A stretch of DNA of 64,000 nucleotides from an uncultured bacterium (GTDB lineage Bacteria; Krumholzibacteriota; Krumholzibacteriia; JACNKJ01), in the NCBI GenBank assembly GCA_963695095.1, contig CAVOFT010000001.1, forward strand, positions 3,488,001 to 3,552,000. The letters run 5' to 3'. Under the pieces are notes generated by a model. That model worked only from the letters and a program-made list of their open reading frames with translations. It ran no database searches and was not told the origin of the DNA. A program made the translations under genes and the position numbers. Below, in pieces: positions 51,237 to 60,711 of the stretch. Numbering within the stretch: position 1 is the first letter of the stretch; each line of letters starts with the position of its first letter.

Positions 51237-52972
51237 CCCAATCACACGATGCATCCGCCCTCACGCGCCGCGAATTCCTGGCCATGTCGGGCAGCGTTGT
51301 CGGGCTTGCCTCGATGGGGCTGGCTGGCGCCTGGGCGAGGAACATGGTCGAACTGGATCCCAGCGCGATCACCAACACCGACCACGCGACCGATGTGCTC
51401 GTCATTGGCGGCGGCATGGCAGGGCTGTTCGCTGCGGTGAAGGCGCACGACGCCGGGGCCAGCGCGATGATCGTGTCCAAGGGACGGCTGGGATCCTCCG
51501 GCATGACTCCCTTCGCCAAGGGGTTCTTCCTCTATGATCCCGAGACCGAAGAGATTTCGGTGGACGAGTTTGTGGACACCGTATCCCGCTCGGCGCTTGG
51601 CACCAGCAATCCGGTCTACACTCGCCAACTGGCCGAGCATTCCCTGGATCGGGCGCGCGAGCTGCGCGAGTGGGGCTTCTTCGATCAGACCCTGGCGAAC
51701 CGGCCGTTCATGAAACCCATCACGGAACGGGACATCCCGCTGATCGAACGGGTGGTCATCACCCATCTGATCAAGGAAGACGGGAAGATCGCAGGTGCCG
51801 CCGGCTTCCGCCTGGACGCCGAGGAGACAATCACCATCCAAGCAAAGACGGTGATCCTGTGCACCGGGGCTGGCGGCTTCAAACCCAGTGGTTTTCCGGT
51901 CTGCGATCTGACCCACGACGGCACGATCATGGCCTATCAGATCGGTGCGAAGGTCACCGGCAAGGAATGGAACGACGGCCACGCCGGAAGGTCCGTCAAT
52001 CCCGCGGCCTGCTATGACGGCTGGGGCGACATGTTCGATCGCATCCCGGGCACGAACGGTGTCGAGGTCCACCATGATCTGGGTGTCGAGGCGAACTACC
52101 AGGCCTACGTGCTGGGAAACCCCGTTGGCGGGGGCCCGCCGGGCCGCGGCAACGGCAGCACCGTTGCCGGCGGCCCGACCACGCCGCAGGAATTCCAGCG
52201 TACGGGGCGCCCCGGCCCCGGGCCGGACGGCGAGGGCGGAGGCCCGCCTCCCGGCGGCGGCGCCCCGGGCGCGGACGCCATGCGAGGCCATTCCATGGGC
52301 GGAGCTTCCGCAGGCATGGCCATCCACAAGTCGGAAGGAGTGGTGCCAATCGATGATCGCTGTGCCTCCAACATCCCCGGCCTTTACGCGGCGGGCGATG
52401 CCCTGGGCAGCTACATGGCGGGCGCCATCTATACCCAGATCGGCTCGTCCCTGGCTGGATCCGCCGTGCAGGGCGCCATCGCGGGCGAAGCGGCAGCGGA
52501 ATTCGCCGCAACGGTGGCTGCGCCGACCATCCCCGACGCCAAACTGGCCGAAGTGATCGACGACATCCTCGCGCCCCTGAAACGCGAGGCCGGCTATGGG
52601 CCCGCATGGGTCACTCAGACGCTTCAGGGCGTGATGATCCCGAACTTCGTGCTCTACATCAAGAAAGAGCCGATCATGCTAGCCGCGCTTGCCTATATCG
52701 AGGAACTGCGCGACCACCACGCGCCGATGCTGCGCGCAGCCAACATGCATGAGCTGCGACTGGTGTTTGAGACCCGCAACATGATCCTGAGTGCCGAGAT
52801 GAAGCTGCGGGCGTCACTGATGCGCACCGAAAGCCGGTGCAGCCACTATCGGTTGGACTACCCGGACACGGACGATGAGAACTGGCGGGCCTGGATCAAC
52901 ATCCTCAAGGGCGCGGATGGCCGCATGCGACTCGAGAAGCAGGCCTTCGACAGCTGGCCCGACCGGGCTTAG
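51233..52972 (+). CDS. Tat-exported FAD-binding oxidoreductase (SdhA/AprA superfamily)
   Basis: TRREFL twin-arginine signal, GGGMAG, ILCTG, GLYAAGD and RTESR..HYRLDYP. Confidence 0.88.
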   Translation: MTQSHDASALTRREFLAMSGSVVGLASMGLAGAWARNMVELDPSAITNTDHATDVLVIGGGMAGLFAAVKAHDAGASAMIVSKGRLGSSGMTPFAKGFFLYDPETEEISVDEFVDTVSRSALGTSNPVYTRQLAEHSLDRARELREWGFFDQTLANRPFMKPITERDIPLIERVVITHLIKEDGKIAGAAGFRLDAEETITIQAKTVILCTGAGGFKPSGFPVCDLTHDGTIMAYQIGAKVTGKEWNDGHAGRSVNPAACYDGWGDMFDRIPGTNGVEVHHDLGVEANYQAYVLGNPVGGGPPGRGNGSTVAGGPTTPQEFQRTGRPGPGPDGEGGGPPPGGGAPGADAMRGHSMGGASAGMAIHKSEGVVPIDDRCASNIPGLYAAGDALGSYMAGAIYTQIGSSLAGSAVQGAIAGEAAAEFAATVAAPTIPDAKLAEVIDDILAPLKREAGYGPAWVTQTLQGVMIPNFVLYIKKEPIMLAALAYIEELRDHHAPMLRAANMHELRLVFETRNMILSAEMKLRASLMRTESRCSHYRLDYPDTDDENWRAWINILKGADGRMRLEKQAFDSWPDRA

Positions 52973-53071
52973 CTGCCGCGTTCATGTGCGGCCAGCAAGG
53001 AAACGCGTGTACGCCCGCTTCACTTCTGTTACCTTTCAAGCCCTTTCCCGAACCGGCCGGAACTGGCCCAT

Positions 53072-53755
53072 GTGTCCACCGATCACTCGCCAAAGGAGCC
53101 TATTGTGGAAAGCCCTGGCGTCAGACGGACCACCAACCTGATTCTGTTCCTCCTCGTGTTCGGATGTATGGGCCTCTTCGCGGGAGGCTGTGGAACTTCA
53201 CGGCTCGTAGAGCTTTGGAGCGATTCCGCGTATACCGCAGGTCCTTTGAACAGGATTCTGGTTATCTCCTTCCGACCGGATCCGGTCCAACGCCGGATTT
53301 CGGAGGATGCTTTCGTCGCGGCGCTCCAGAAGCGGAACGCGGTCGCGGTACCGTCTCACCAGCTCTTCCCCGAGGCAATTCCCGACACGACCGCTTTGCG
53401 TCAGAAGCTCGAGGAGGAACGCTTCGATGGGGTCCTCGTGCTCGTCAAGGCCGAGCGCGAGATGATCGAATCCCACGTGCCTGGCTACACGACCCGCGAT
53501 GAGGTCACCACGTTCGATACTCGATGGAATAAGTACGTGACTCACCGCGAGACGGTTCAACATGAGGGGTATACGGAAACGGTCATGTCGATACGGATAC
53601 AGACCGACCTTCTGCTGGCGCAGGAAGGGGGACGACTGCTCTGGTCGGGGACGAGCGAAACGATCGACCCAACCTCCCGTCAGCAGGTGAGGGAAACCGT
53701 TGCGGAACTCGTTGCCAGAGAACTACAGAGACAGAAGTTGATCCCGGCGGAGTAG
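53072..53755 (+). CDS. Hypothetical lipoprotein
   Basis: Hydrophobic stretch ending FAGGC; RR..ED and LLWSG.SET motifs; start uncertain. Confidence 0.7.
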   Translation: MSTDHSPKEPIVESPGVRRTTNLILFLLVFGCMGLFAGGCGTSRLVELWSDSAYTAGPLNRILVISFRPDPVQRRISEDAFVAALQKRNAVAVPSHQLFPEAIPDTTALRQKLEEERFDGVLVLVKAEREMIESHVPGYTTRDEVTTFDTRWNKYVTHRETVQHEGYTETVMSIRIQTDLLLAQEGGRLLWSGTSETIDPTSRQQVRETVAELVARELQRQKLIPAE

Positions 53756-53841
53756 TGAACCTGCCTCCCTGTCCCGCAGATTCCGTCGGCCTTGGCCCAG
53801 ATCAGGCTAAGACCTTCTCGTCATGGTGAGATCGGGAGACG

Positions 53842-53935
53842 GAACCGCCCCGGGATTGCCGTCGACTCCACGTTCTCGAGCAGATGGAGTTATGGCACGG
53901 CCTAAGCAATAGCCCCGGGAGCTGCGAGAGCGGGC
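53842..53935 (+). mobile_element. IS3-family left-end remnant
   Basis: GAACCGCCCCGGGATTGCCG matches the element end at 4918 (minus strand); followed by a degenerate orfA start (..SPELRERAIR). Confidence 0.65.
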
Positions 53936-54103
53936 GATCCGCCCGATCCGATTTTTGCGGTTACTTGCTCCTTATCGCAACTCCTCTCCAGATAGGTGCT
54001 GCGATGACCATTTGAATCAGGGCAGTGCGCATCGATTCGTTTCGCTGGGCTCGTGTGTTCTCAGCTCACCCGCGCCAGGACGCGCCGCCAAGGGAGGATC
54101 TGC

Positions 54104-54547
54104 ATGCCGGAAGCACTGCGCGTTGTCGCCCGATTCAGCGATGGCAGCATCCTCAAGGGCAACACCTGGGATTTCAATCCCACTGGCCGGATGTTCCACC
54201 TCTTCCCGATCGGCAGCACCGAGGCCTGCGAGGTCCAGTGCGACCAGCTCAAGGCGCTCTTCTTCGTCAAGACCTTCGAGGGGGACCGGGAGCGGCCCAA
54301 GCTCAAGGGCTTCCTCGCGGCTCCGTCCGAGACCTCCAAGGGCAAGAAGGTGGCGGTCCTGTTTCGGGATGGTGAGCTCGAGTGCGGCTACTCGTTGACC
54401 TACAACCCGAACCGCAGCGGGTTCTTCCTCTTCCCGGCGGACAACGCCAGCAACAACATCCGCGTCTTCGTCATCGTGGCGGCCGCAGCGGAGATCAAGG
54501 CTGGTCCGGCGGCCGATGCCCTCGCGGAGCGGGTGCTCGCGAGCTAG
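54104..54547 (+). CDS. Conserved hypothetical protein (DUF6982-like, two repeated beta modules)
   Basis: VVARFSDG..LKG.T.DF and V.FRDGE..G..YNP..GFFLFPAD..SNN; GGAGG RBS. Confidence 0.7.
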   Translation: MPEALRVVARFSDGSILKGNTWDFNPTGRMFHLFPIGSTEACEVQCDQLKALFFVKTFEGDRERPKLKGFLAAPSETSKGKKVAVLFRDGELECGYSLTYNPNRSGFFLFPADNASNNIRVFVIVAAAAEIKAGPAADALAERVLAS

Positions 54548-54764
54548 GCGGGCGCGACCAGGGACCCTGCCGCTCCCTAGGCCATGAGGACTTGGCTGGC
54601 GAGCCGCGTTGCCTGCTGGCGATTGATCTGCTAATATTATCGTGTTCGCCGGACGCCGGATGGGGAGAGCGCCTTCCCCCGCATCCGGTGCCCTCCAGTA
54701 CTGCAGAGGATGTGATTCGGGAAATGGGCGGGTGTCGACTCCAAGCGGCACGAGGAGTGGCAAC

Positions 54765-55340
54765 ATGAAGCGACTCGCGATTGCCTTCCTGATTCTGCTC
54801 GCGGCTGGGGATGCCACCGCCCAGTGGTACCCGCTCATTGGAATCTACGGCAGCGAGGCCGGAGTCACCTGCGAACTGGACATGGACCCGTACGTCCAGG
54901 CCACCGCCTACCTCCTCGCGGTCCTGCCCGACGACATGCCCGGGATCACGGCTTGCGAGTTCCGCATCGACAACCTGCCGACGCCGGAAATGGCGCTCAT
55001 CTTCTACGACTGGAATACGCCGCTGGTCATCGGCAGCGCGGGCTACGGCATCGCCCTCGCCTTCTCCCCGCCCCTGATCGGCCGTGCGGTCCCCCTGGGC
55101 TCGATCTCCCTTTATCCGCTGCTCAACATCCCGGACGATTGGCGACTGACCATCGAGCCCAGCTACAGCAGCGGCCAGCTCCTCGTCGTCGACCTGAGCT
55201 ACGAAGAGATCCCCGCCAACGGCGACTTTCTCACCCTCAATTGCACGGGGGCCATTTTCTGGGGCTGCAATTGCCTGTTTCCCTGGTGGACCACGGCCGT
55301 GCAGGAGAACTCCTGGGGTCAGATCAAGGCCCTCTACTAG
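54765..55340 (+). CDS. Secreted protein with C-terminal KxLY motif
   Basis: Signal MKRLAIAFLILLAAGDATA; ends AVQENSWGQIKALY. Confidence 0.88.
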   Translation: MKRLAIAFLILLAAGDATAQWYPLIGIYGSEAGVTCELDMDPYVQATAYLLAVLPDDMPGITACEFRIDNLPTPEMALIFYDWNTPLVIGSAGYGIALAFSPPLIGRAVPLGSISLYPLLNIPDDWRLTIEPSYSSGQLLVVDLSYEEIPANGDFLTLNCTGAIFWGCNCLFPWWTTAVQENSWGQIKALY

Positions 55341-55455
55341 CTGCCGCGATCAGTCAGATTTCGCAGCGCGGTGTAGAGGGCTCTGCTCATGCCGCCGCGG
55401 GCGCCCTCCCGGCCTGCGGCCGCCTGTGCTATCTTGGGCGCCGGAGGTAGCCACA

Positions 55456-56094
55456 ATGGAGCCCACGCGCGTCATCGTCGCCATGACCGGCGCCAGCGCC
55501 ACGCCCTACGCCTGGCGCCTGCTCGGCCTGCTCGCTGAGGCCGGCGTGGGCGTCGAGCTGATGCTGAGCGAGAACATCGACGCCCTCTGCCGCGTGGAGC
55601 TGGGCACGAGCGCCGCGGACGAACTGGCCAAGGTCTACGGCCGCCCGCTCGCCGCCGGCGAAACCCTGGGCAAGGCCGCCGACGGCGGGCCGCTCCTGCG
55701 TCGCCACGGACTCCAAGACTTCGCCGCCGCGGCCGCCAGCGGCAGCGGGCAGGACGTGCCCATGGCCATCGTGCCCTGCTCGACGGGCACGCTGGGCCGC
55801 ATCGCGGGCGGCATCAGCGACAACCTCATCACCCGCGCCGCGGACGTCTGCCTCAAGGAGCGCCGCCGCCTGGTGCTCGTGCCCCGCGAGACGCCGCTCT
55901 CCGCCATCCACCTGGAGAACATGCTGTGCCTGACCCGGGCGGGCGCGGTGATCCTGCCCGCCAGCCCCGGCTTCTACCAGGGCAGCGAGCGCGTGGATCA
56001 GCTCGTGGACTTCGTCGTCGCCCGGATCCTGGGGCAGCTCGGCCTGCGCCGGCTCTCGCCGCAGGCCGGCTGGGGCGAGGAGCCGCCGGCGTGA
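55456..56094 (+). CDS. ubiX: Flavin prenyltransferase
   Basis: TGAS, ASGS, PCS..TL, RAADV.LKERR and PRETP. Confidence 0.95.
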   Translation: MEPTRVIVAMTGASATPYAWRLLGLLAEAGVGVELMLSENIDALCRVELGTSAADELAKVYGRPLAAGETLGKAADGGPLLRRHGLQDFAAAAASGSGQDVPMAIVPCSTGTLGRIAGGISDNLITRAADVCLKERRRLVLVPRETPLSAIHLENMLCLTRAGAVILPASPGFYQGSERVDQLVDFVVARILGQLGLRRLSPQAGWGEEPPA

Positions 56095-56999
56095 GCGCGC
56101 CCGCCGCCACCCGCGAAGCCCCCCGCGGCTTCCTCGGCCGCCTCGGCGCCGTGCTCGCCATGATCGCCTTCCCGCACACGCTCTTCGCCCTGCCCTTCGC
56201 CCTCTTCGGCACCATGCTCGCCGCCCGCGAGGCCTTGCCCCCCGGCTGGCCGGGCTGGCGCGCTCTGCTGCTCATCCTCGGCTGCATGGTGACCGCCCGC
56301 AGCGCGGCCATGGCCTACAACCGCCTCGTGGACCAGCGCCTGGACGCCGACAACCCCCGCACGGCGGGCCGCCATCTGCCGGCGGGGCTTCTCAGCCGCG
56401 CCTGGGTGGGCGCCTTCGTCGTCGTGAACGCGGCGCTGTTCATGGCCCTCGCCACCTTGCTCGGGCCTCTGCCCGGGCGGCTCGCACCCCTGGCCCTGCT
56501 GTGGTTGCTCGGCTACTCGCACGCCAAGCGCTTCACGGTGGCCAGCCACTTCTGGCTGGGCCTCTCGCTGGCCATCGCGCCCATCGGCGCCTGGGTCGCC
56601 GTGCGCGGCACGCTCGCCGGCGCGCCCTGGCTGCTCGCCCTCGCCGTGCTGCTCTGGGTGGCGGGCTTCGACCTCATCTACGCCCTGCAAGACGCCGCCT
56701 TCGACCGCGAGCGCGGCCTGCATTCGCTCGCCGCGCGCCTCGGCCCGGCGGGCACCCTGCGCCTGGCCGCGCTCTGCCACCTCGGGATGCTCGTCGCCCT
56801 CGCCCTGCTCGGCGTCCAGCAGGGGCTCAGGCTTCCCTTCGGGGTCGGCCTGGCCCTGGCCGCGATCTTGCTGTTCTGGGAGCACCGCGTGGTGCGCGGG
56901 GGCGATCTCGCCCGCATCGACCTGGCCTTCTTCCGCATCAACAGCTGGATCGGCGTGCTGATCTTCCTGGCCGGGGGCCTGGCCATCCTGCTCGGCTGA
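56091..56999 (+). CDS. ubiA: UbiA-family prenyltransferase (MqnP-like)
   Basis: HTLFALPFA, ARSAAM..NR..D..D..NPRT..R and GFDLIYALQD. Confidence 0.92.
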   Translation: MSAPAATREAPRGFLGRLGAVLAMIAFPHTLFALPFALFGTMLAAREALPPGWPGWRALLLILGCMVTARSAAMAYNRLVDQRLDADNPRTAGRHLPAGLLSRAWVGAFVVVNAALFMALATLLGPLPGRLAPLALLWLLGYSHAKRFTVASHFWLGLSLAIAPIGAWVAVRGTLAGAPWLLALAVLLWVAGFDLIYALQDAAFDRERGLHSLAARLGPAGTLRLAALCHLGMLVALALLGVQQGLRLPFGVGLALAAILLFWEHRVVRGGDLARIDLAFFRINSWIGVLIFLAGGLAILLG

Positions 57000-57127
57000 G
57001 GCGCGCGCGGGCCGCAAGCGAGGCCCTGCCGGGCCGCGTCCGCACGCGGGAATCTGCGCTTGCCGGATCGGGCGGGCCTGCCTATCCTGGCGCCTCACGC
57101 CCGGGCAAACACGCGCAAGGAGGCTTC

Positions 57128-57991
57128 ATGCACAGGCTTCGCATCGGTGTGATCTCGTTCGTCAACACGCTGCCGCTCACGCGCGGCCTCGAGCGCGATC
57201 ACAGCCCCGATGTCGAGCTGGTCTATGCAAGCCCCAGCGCGCTGGCCGACCGCCTGCGCTACGGTGAACTCGACGCCGCCCTCATTCCCGCCGTCGAGTT
57301 CTTTCGCGGTGTCGGCGCCGGCGTGGTGCCCGGGCTCTGCATCGGCAGCCGCGGCGCGGTGGAGAGCATTCGCCTCCTCAGCAAGAAGCCCCTGGCCGAG
57401 CTGGACGCCGTGCTCGTCGACCAGGCCAGCCGCACCAGCGTGGCCATGCTGCGCCTGCTGCTCGATCGCGTGCATCGCGTGAACCCGGACTTCTTCAGCT
57501 TCCGGCCGAATCCCGCGCGGCCCTTCGTCGGCCCCGACGGCGAGGAGGCCCCGGCCGCGCTGCTCATCGGCGACGCTGCCATGGAGCTGAACCCCCAGGG
57601 CGCGGCCCTCGACGTGGACCTCGGCGCCTGGTGGCAGTCCAGCTTTCAGCGCCCCTTCGTCTACGCGCTCTGGGTGACGCGCGCGGCGCCGGACACGCCC
57701 GACTTCGAGCGCCTGGCGGAACTGCTCCAGGCCAGCGCCGAGCGCGGCCGCCGCGAGCTGCCGCTGATCTGCGAGGAAGTGGCCGAGGCGCGGCGCTGGA
57801 CGGAGACGCGCGTGCACGAGTACCTCACGCGCTCCATCCACCACCAGCTCGACGAGGAGGCCCTGGCCGGCCTCGCCCGCTTCCGCGAGCTCTGCGTGGA
57901 GAGCTATCTCTGCCCCGATCGGCCCGAGGTACTGGCGAGCCTGACCGCCTTGCGCGGCGAGCCCCTGCGCACGAGCGGCCTCGGCGCCTGA
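57128..57991 (+). CDS. mqnA: Chorismate dehydratase (futalosine pathway)
   Basis: ISFVNTLPL, SRTSV, LLIGD.A and DLG..W..PFVYALW. Confidence 0.9.
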   Translation: MHRLRIGVISFVNTLPLTRGLERDHSPDVELVYASPSALADRLRYGELDAALIPAVEFFRGVGAGVVPGLCIGSRGAVESIRLLSKKPLAELDAVLVDQASRTSVAMLRLLLDRVHRVNPDFFSFRPNPARPFVGPDGEEAPAALLIGDAAMELNPQGAALDVDLGAWWQSSFQRPFVYALWVTRAAPDTPDFERLAELLQASAERGRRELPLICEEVAEARRWTETRVHEYLTRSIHHQLDEEALAGLARFRELCVESYLCPDRPEVLASLTALRGEPLRTSGLGA

Positions 57992-57996
57992 TCCCC

Positions 57997-59394
57997 ATGG
58001 CCGAAGCGCCCTGGTTGCGCTGCCGCCTGCCCGGCTTCGCGCCGGAGGCGATCGCGGAGCGCCAGGCGCTTGATCCCGACAGCGTCGACCTCTATCGCGC
58101 CGGGCTCATCCTGCCGGTCACCGCGCCGCCGATTGCCGACGGCGCTCTCGCCGTGCGGGCGGGCCGCCTCCTCGCCCTCGGCCCTGCCCGCGCAATCCTC
58201 GCCGCCCACCCCGGCGCGCGGCTCGTGGCGGAGCTGCCGGGCGCGGTCCTCATGCCGGGCCTCGTCAACGCGCACTGCCACCTCGCGCTCAGCTTCGCCC
58301 AGGGCGTAATCCCCCCCACGCGCGACTTCGTCGCCTGGATCCAGCGCCTCCTGCCTCTGCGTCGAAGCTGGACGGAGACGGAGTGGCGGCTGTCCCTGCT
58401 CGCCGGCCTCGGCGAGACCCTGCGCGGCGGCTGCACGCTGATCGGCGAGATCGCCACCGAGACCGAGGAGGCCACGGGCGACGTGCTCGCCGAGCTGGCA
58501 GCGCCCCTGCGCATTCGCGCCTTTCACGAGGCGCTGGGCTGGCTGCCCGCCCAGCGCGAGGCGGCCCTCGCGCGACTCGCCGCGCGCCTGGCGGCGCCGG
58601 GGCCGCGGCTGGCGCCGCCCGCCGAGCTCGCCCCCGGCATCAGCCCGCACGCGCCCTACAGCAGCCATCCTGCCCTCTACCGCGAGCTCTTCGCGCTGGC
58701 GCGCGAGCGCGGCCTGCCGCTCTCCACGCATCTGGCCGAGACCGAGGACGAGCGCCGCTGCGAGCGCGAGCACGCCGGGTCTCTCGCCGCGTTGCGCGAG
58801 CGCCTGGGCTGGCTGGCCGAGGGGCCGCGCCTGTGGAACGGGGGAGCGAGTGTCGTCGACTGGCTTCTGGATGCAGCGCCGGTGCCGGCGCTGCAGATCG
58901 TCCACGGCACCTGGCTCGACGAGGAGGAGATCGCGCGGCTCGCGGCCCGGCCCGAGATCAGCGTGGCCTACTGCCCGGGCTCGGTGGCCTGGTTCCATGG
59001 CGGCGAGGACGCGCATCCCGTCCTCGCCATGCTCGCGGCCGGGCTTCCCGTCGCGCTCGGCACGGACTCGCTGGCCAGCAGCCCCACGCTGAACCTGCCG
59101 CTCACCTGCACGCTCGCGAGGCGCGCGCACCCCGAACTCACGCCCGGGCAGCTCTTGTGGATGGTCACGCGGGCGGGAGCCCTGGGCCTCGGCTTCCCGG
59201 AGCACGGCGAGCTGCGCGCGGGCGGCCCGGCGGACTTCGTGGCCTTCGACCTGCCGGGGCGGCGGCGGACGGCGACCCCTGGCGTGGCCGAGGCCGTCGA
59301 GGGAGCGCTGCTCTCGGGCTATCAGGTGCCGGGGCTGTCCGTGATCGGCGGCCTCGCGCACGCCTTCGCCGCCATCAAGCCCTTCCCGGTCTAG
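57997..59394 (+). CDS. Amidohydrolase, probable aminodeoxyfutalosine deaminase
   Basis: NAHCHL, SPHAPYS, THLAE and LGTDSLAS; cotranscribed with mqnA. Confidence 0.8.
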   Translation: MAEAPWLRCRLPGFAPEAIAERQALDPDSVDLYRAGLILPVTAPPIADGALAVRAGRLLALGPARAILAAHPGARLVAELPGAVLMPGLVNAHCHLALSFAQGVIPPTRDFVAWIQRLLPLRRSWTETEWRLSLLAGLGETLRGGCTLIGEIATETEEATGDVLAELAAPLRIRAFHEALGWLPAQREAALARLAARLAAPGPRLAPPAELAPGISPHAPYSSHPALYRELFALARERGLPLSTHLAETEDERRCEREHAGSLAALRERLGWLAEGPRLWNGGASVVDWLLDAAPVPALQIVHGTWLDEEEIARLAARPEISVAYCPGSVAWFHGGEDAHPVLAMLAAGLPVALGTDSLASSPTLNLPLTCTLARRAHPELTPGQLLWMVTRAGALGLGFPEHGELRAGGPADFVAFDLPGRRRTATPGVAEAVEGALLSGYQVPGLSVIGGLAHAFAAIKPFPV

Positions 59395-60632
59395 TCGGTG
59401 AGGCCGCGCCCCTCGACGCAGAGCGTCTCGATGAGATCCAGCTCGCGGGCGACGCGCGCGTCCCAGGAGTCGAAGCCGGCGGCGCTGCGGCGCGCACCCG
59501 TGGCCAGGCGCGCGCGCAGGGCCTCGTCCTCGAGGACCGCGCGCAGGGCGGCGAGCAGGGCCGCGTCGTCCCCGGGCGGCACGAGGCGGCCGTTGGCGCC
59601 ATCCACCACCATCTCGCCCGTGCCGGCCACGTCGGTGGCCACGACCGGGCAGCCCATCACCATGGCCTCGCAGGTGGGGATGGACCCGTTGGAGTAGGTG
59701 TTCAGCGTGAGGAAGCAGTCCGCGGCGGCGAAGAGCGGCGGCACGGCGTCGTGGGCCACGGCGCCCAGGAAGAGGACGCGCTCGGCTTCCACCAGGCCGG
59801 CGGCCGCGCGGCGCATCCAGGCCTCGTCCTCGCCGCTGCCGGCGATCAGCACGCGCAGGGGACGCCGGCACTCGGCGAGCAGGCGCGGCAGGATGCGCAT
59901 GAGCTGGCGGGTGCCCTTGAAGGGGGACAGCCGCGCGAGGAAGAGCAGAACGGCCTCGTCCGGCGCCGCGCCCAGTTGCGCCCGCTCGCCCTCGCGATCG
60001 AGGGCCAGCTCGCCCCACTCGGTGTGAATGCCGTTGAGCAGGTAGACGATGCGTCCGGCCGGCACGCCCGCCGCGAGGGCGGCCTCGCGCCCGCGCGTGC
60101 CGTCGTTGAGGATGACGAGCCGGTCCACCGGGCGCGTGAGGCCGTAGAGGGTCTCCCAGTTCTTGTAGCGATACTTGAGGCGCGGCCACTGGTCGAAGAA
60201 GCCGGCCGTGTAGACGCCGAAGTGCTTGACCACGCTCGGAATCCCCAGCTCGCGCCCGATGGCTTCCGCCGCGCGCGCACCGTGGTAGCTGAAGCCGAGC
60301 ACCAACTGAGGTTTCACGGTGCGAGCAACCCTCAGCGCGCGGCGGACCACCGGACCGCAGTACCAGCCCATCCAGAGCAGGCGCCTCAGCGGCGTGGGCA
60401 GCCAGCGCGTGCTGCGGGTGATGTCGGGAAAGGGGTGCAGCAGGAGGCGCGGGTGTCGCTCGCCCGCGTCGAAGTTGCCGCCGGCCGGCAGCACGAAGTG
60501 CAGTTCGTGGCCCGCGGCGAGCGCCCGGCGCACGAACTCGGCGTCGTCGCTGACCCCGGCCTTGCCGGGCATCGACCAGAAGTCCGCCCAGGGCGTGACG
60601 ATGAGGATGCGGCGGGGCTGCCTCGGCTGCAT
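59391..60632 (-). CDS. GT4-family glycosyltransferase
   Basis: NGI, RL..FKG and EAM..GCPVVATDV.G..E.V. Confidence 0.9.
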   Translation of the reverse strand: MQPRQPRRILIVTPWADFWSMPGKAGVSDDAEFVRRALAAGHELHFVLPAGGNFDAGERHPRLLLHPFPDITRSTRWLPTPLRRLLWMGWYCGPVVRRALRVARTVKPQLVLGFSYHGARAAEAIGRELGIPSVVKHFGVYTAGFFDQWPRLKYRYKNWETLYGLTRPVDRLVILNDGTRGREAALAAGVPAGRIVYLLNGIHTEWGELALDREGERAQLGAAPDEAVLLFLARLSPFKGTRQLMRILPRLLAECRRPLRVLIAGSGEDEAWMRRAAAGLVEAERVLFLGAVAHDAVPPLFAAADCFLTLNTYSNGSIPTCEAMVMGCPVVATDVAGTGEMVVDGANGRLVPPGDDAALLAALRAVLEDEALRARLATGARRSAAGFDSWDARVARELDLIETLCVEGRGLTD

Positions 60633-60711
60633 GGGGCGAGCCTAGCATGCGGGCGGCCGGCCGGGAAGCGGGGCTTGTGGCCGCCGTGGCGCTTGCGCTA
60701 GCCTGCGAGGC

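Noticed and set aside
51233..52972. Calling the flavoprotein aprA or sdhA
   Set aside because: The Tat signal, Gly/Pro insertion and absence of sat/qmo or sdhBC context argue against either assignment.
53990..54025. Possible IS30-like right end (GTGCTGCGATGACCATTTGAATC)
   Set aside because: Too short, and no adjoining transposase sequence supports it.
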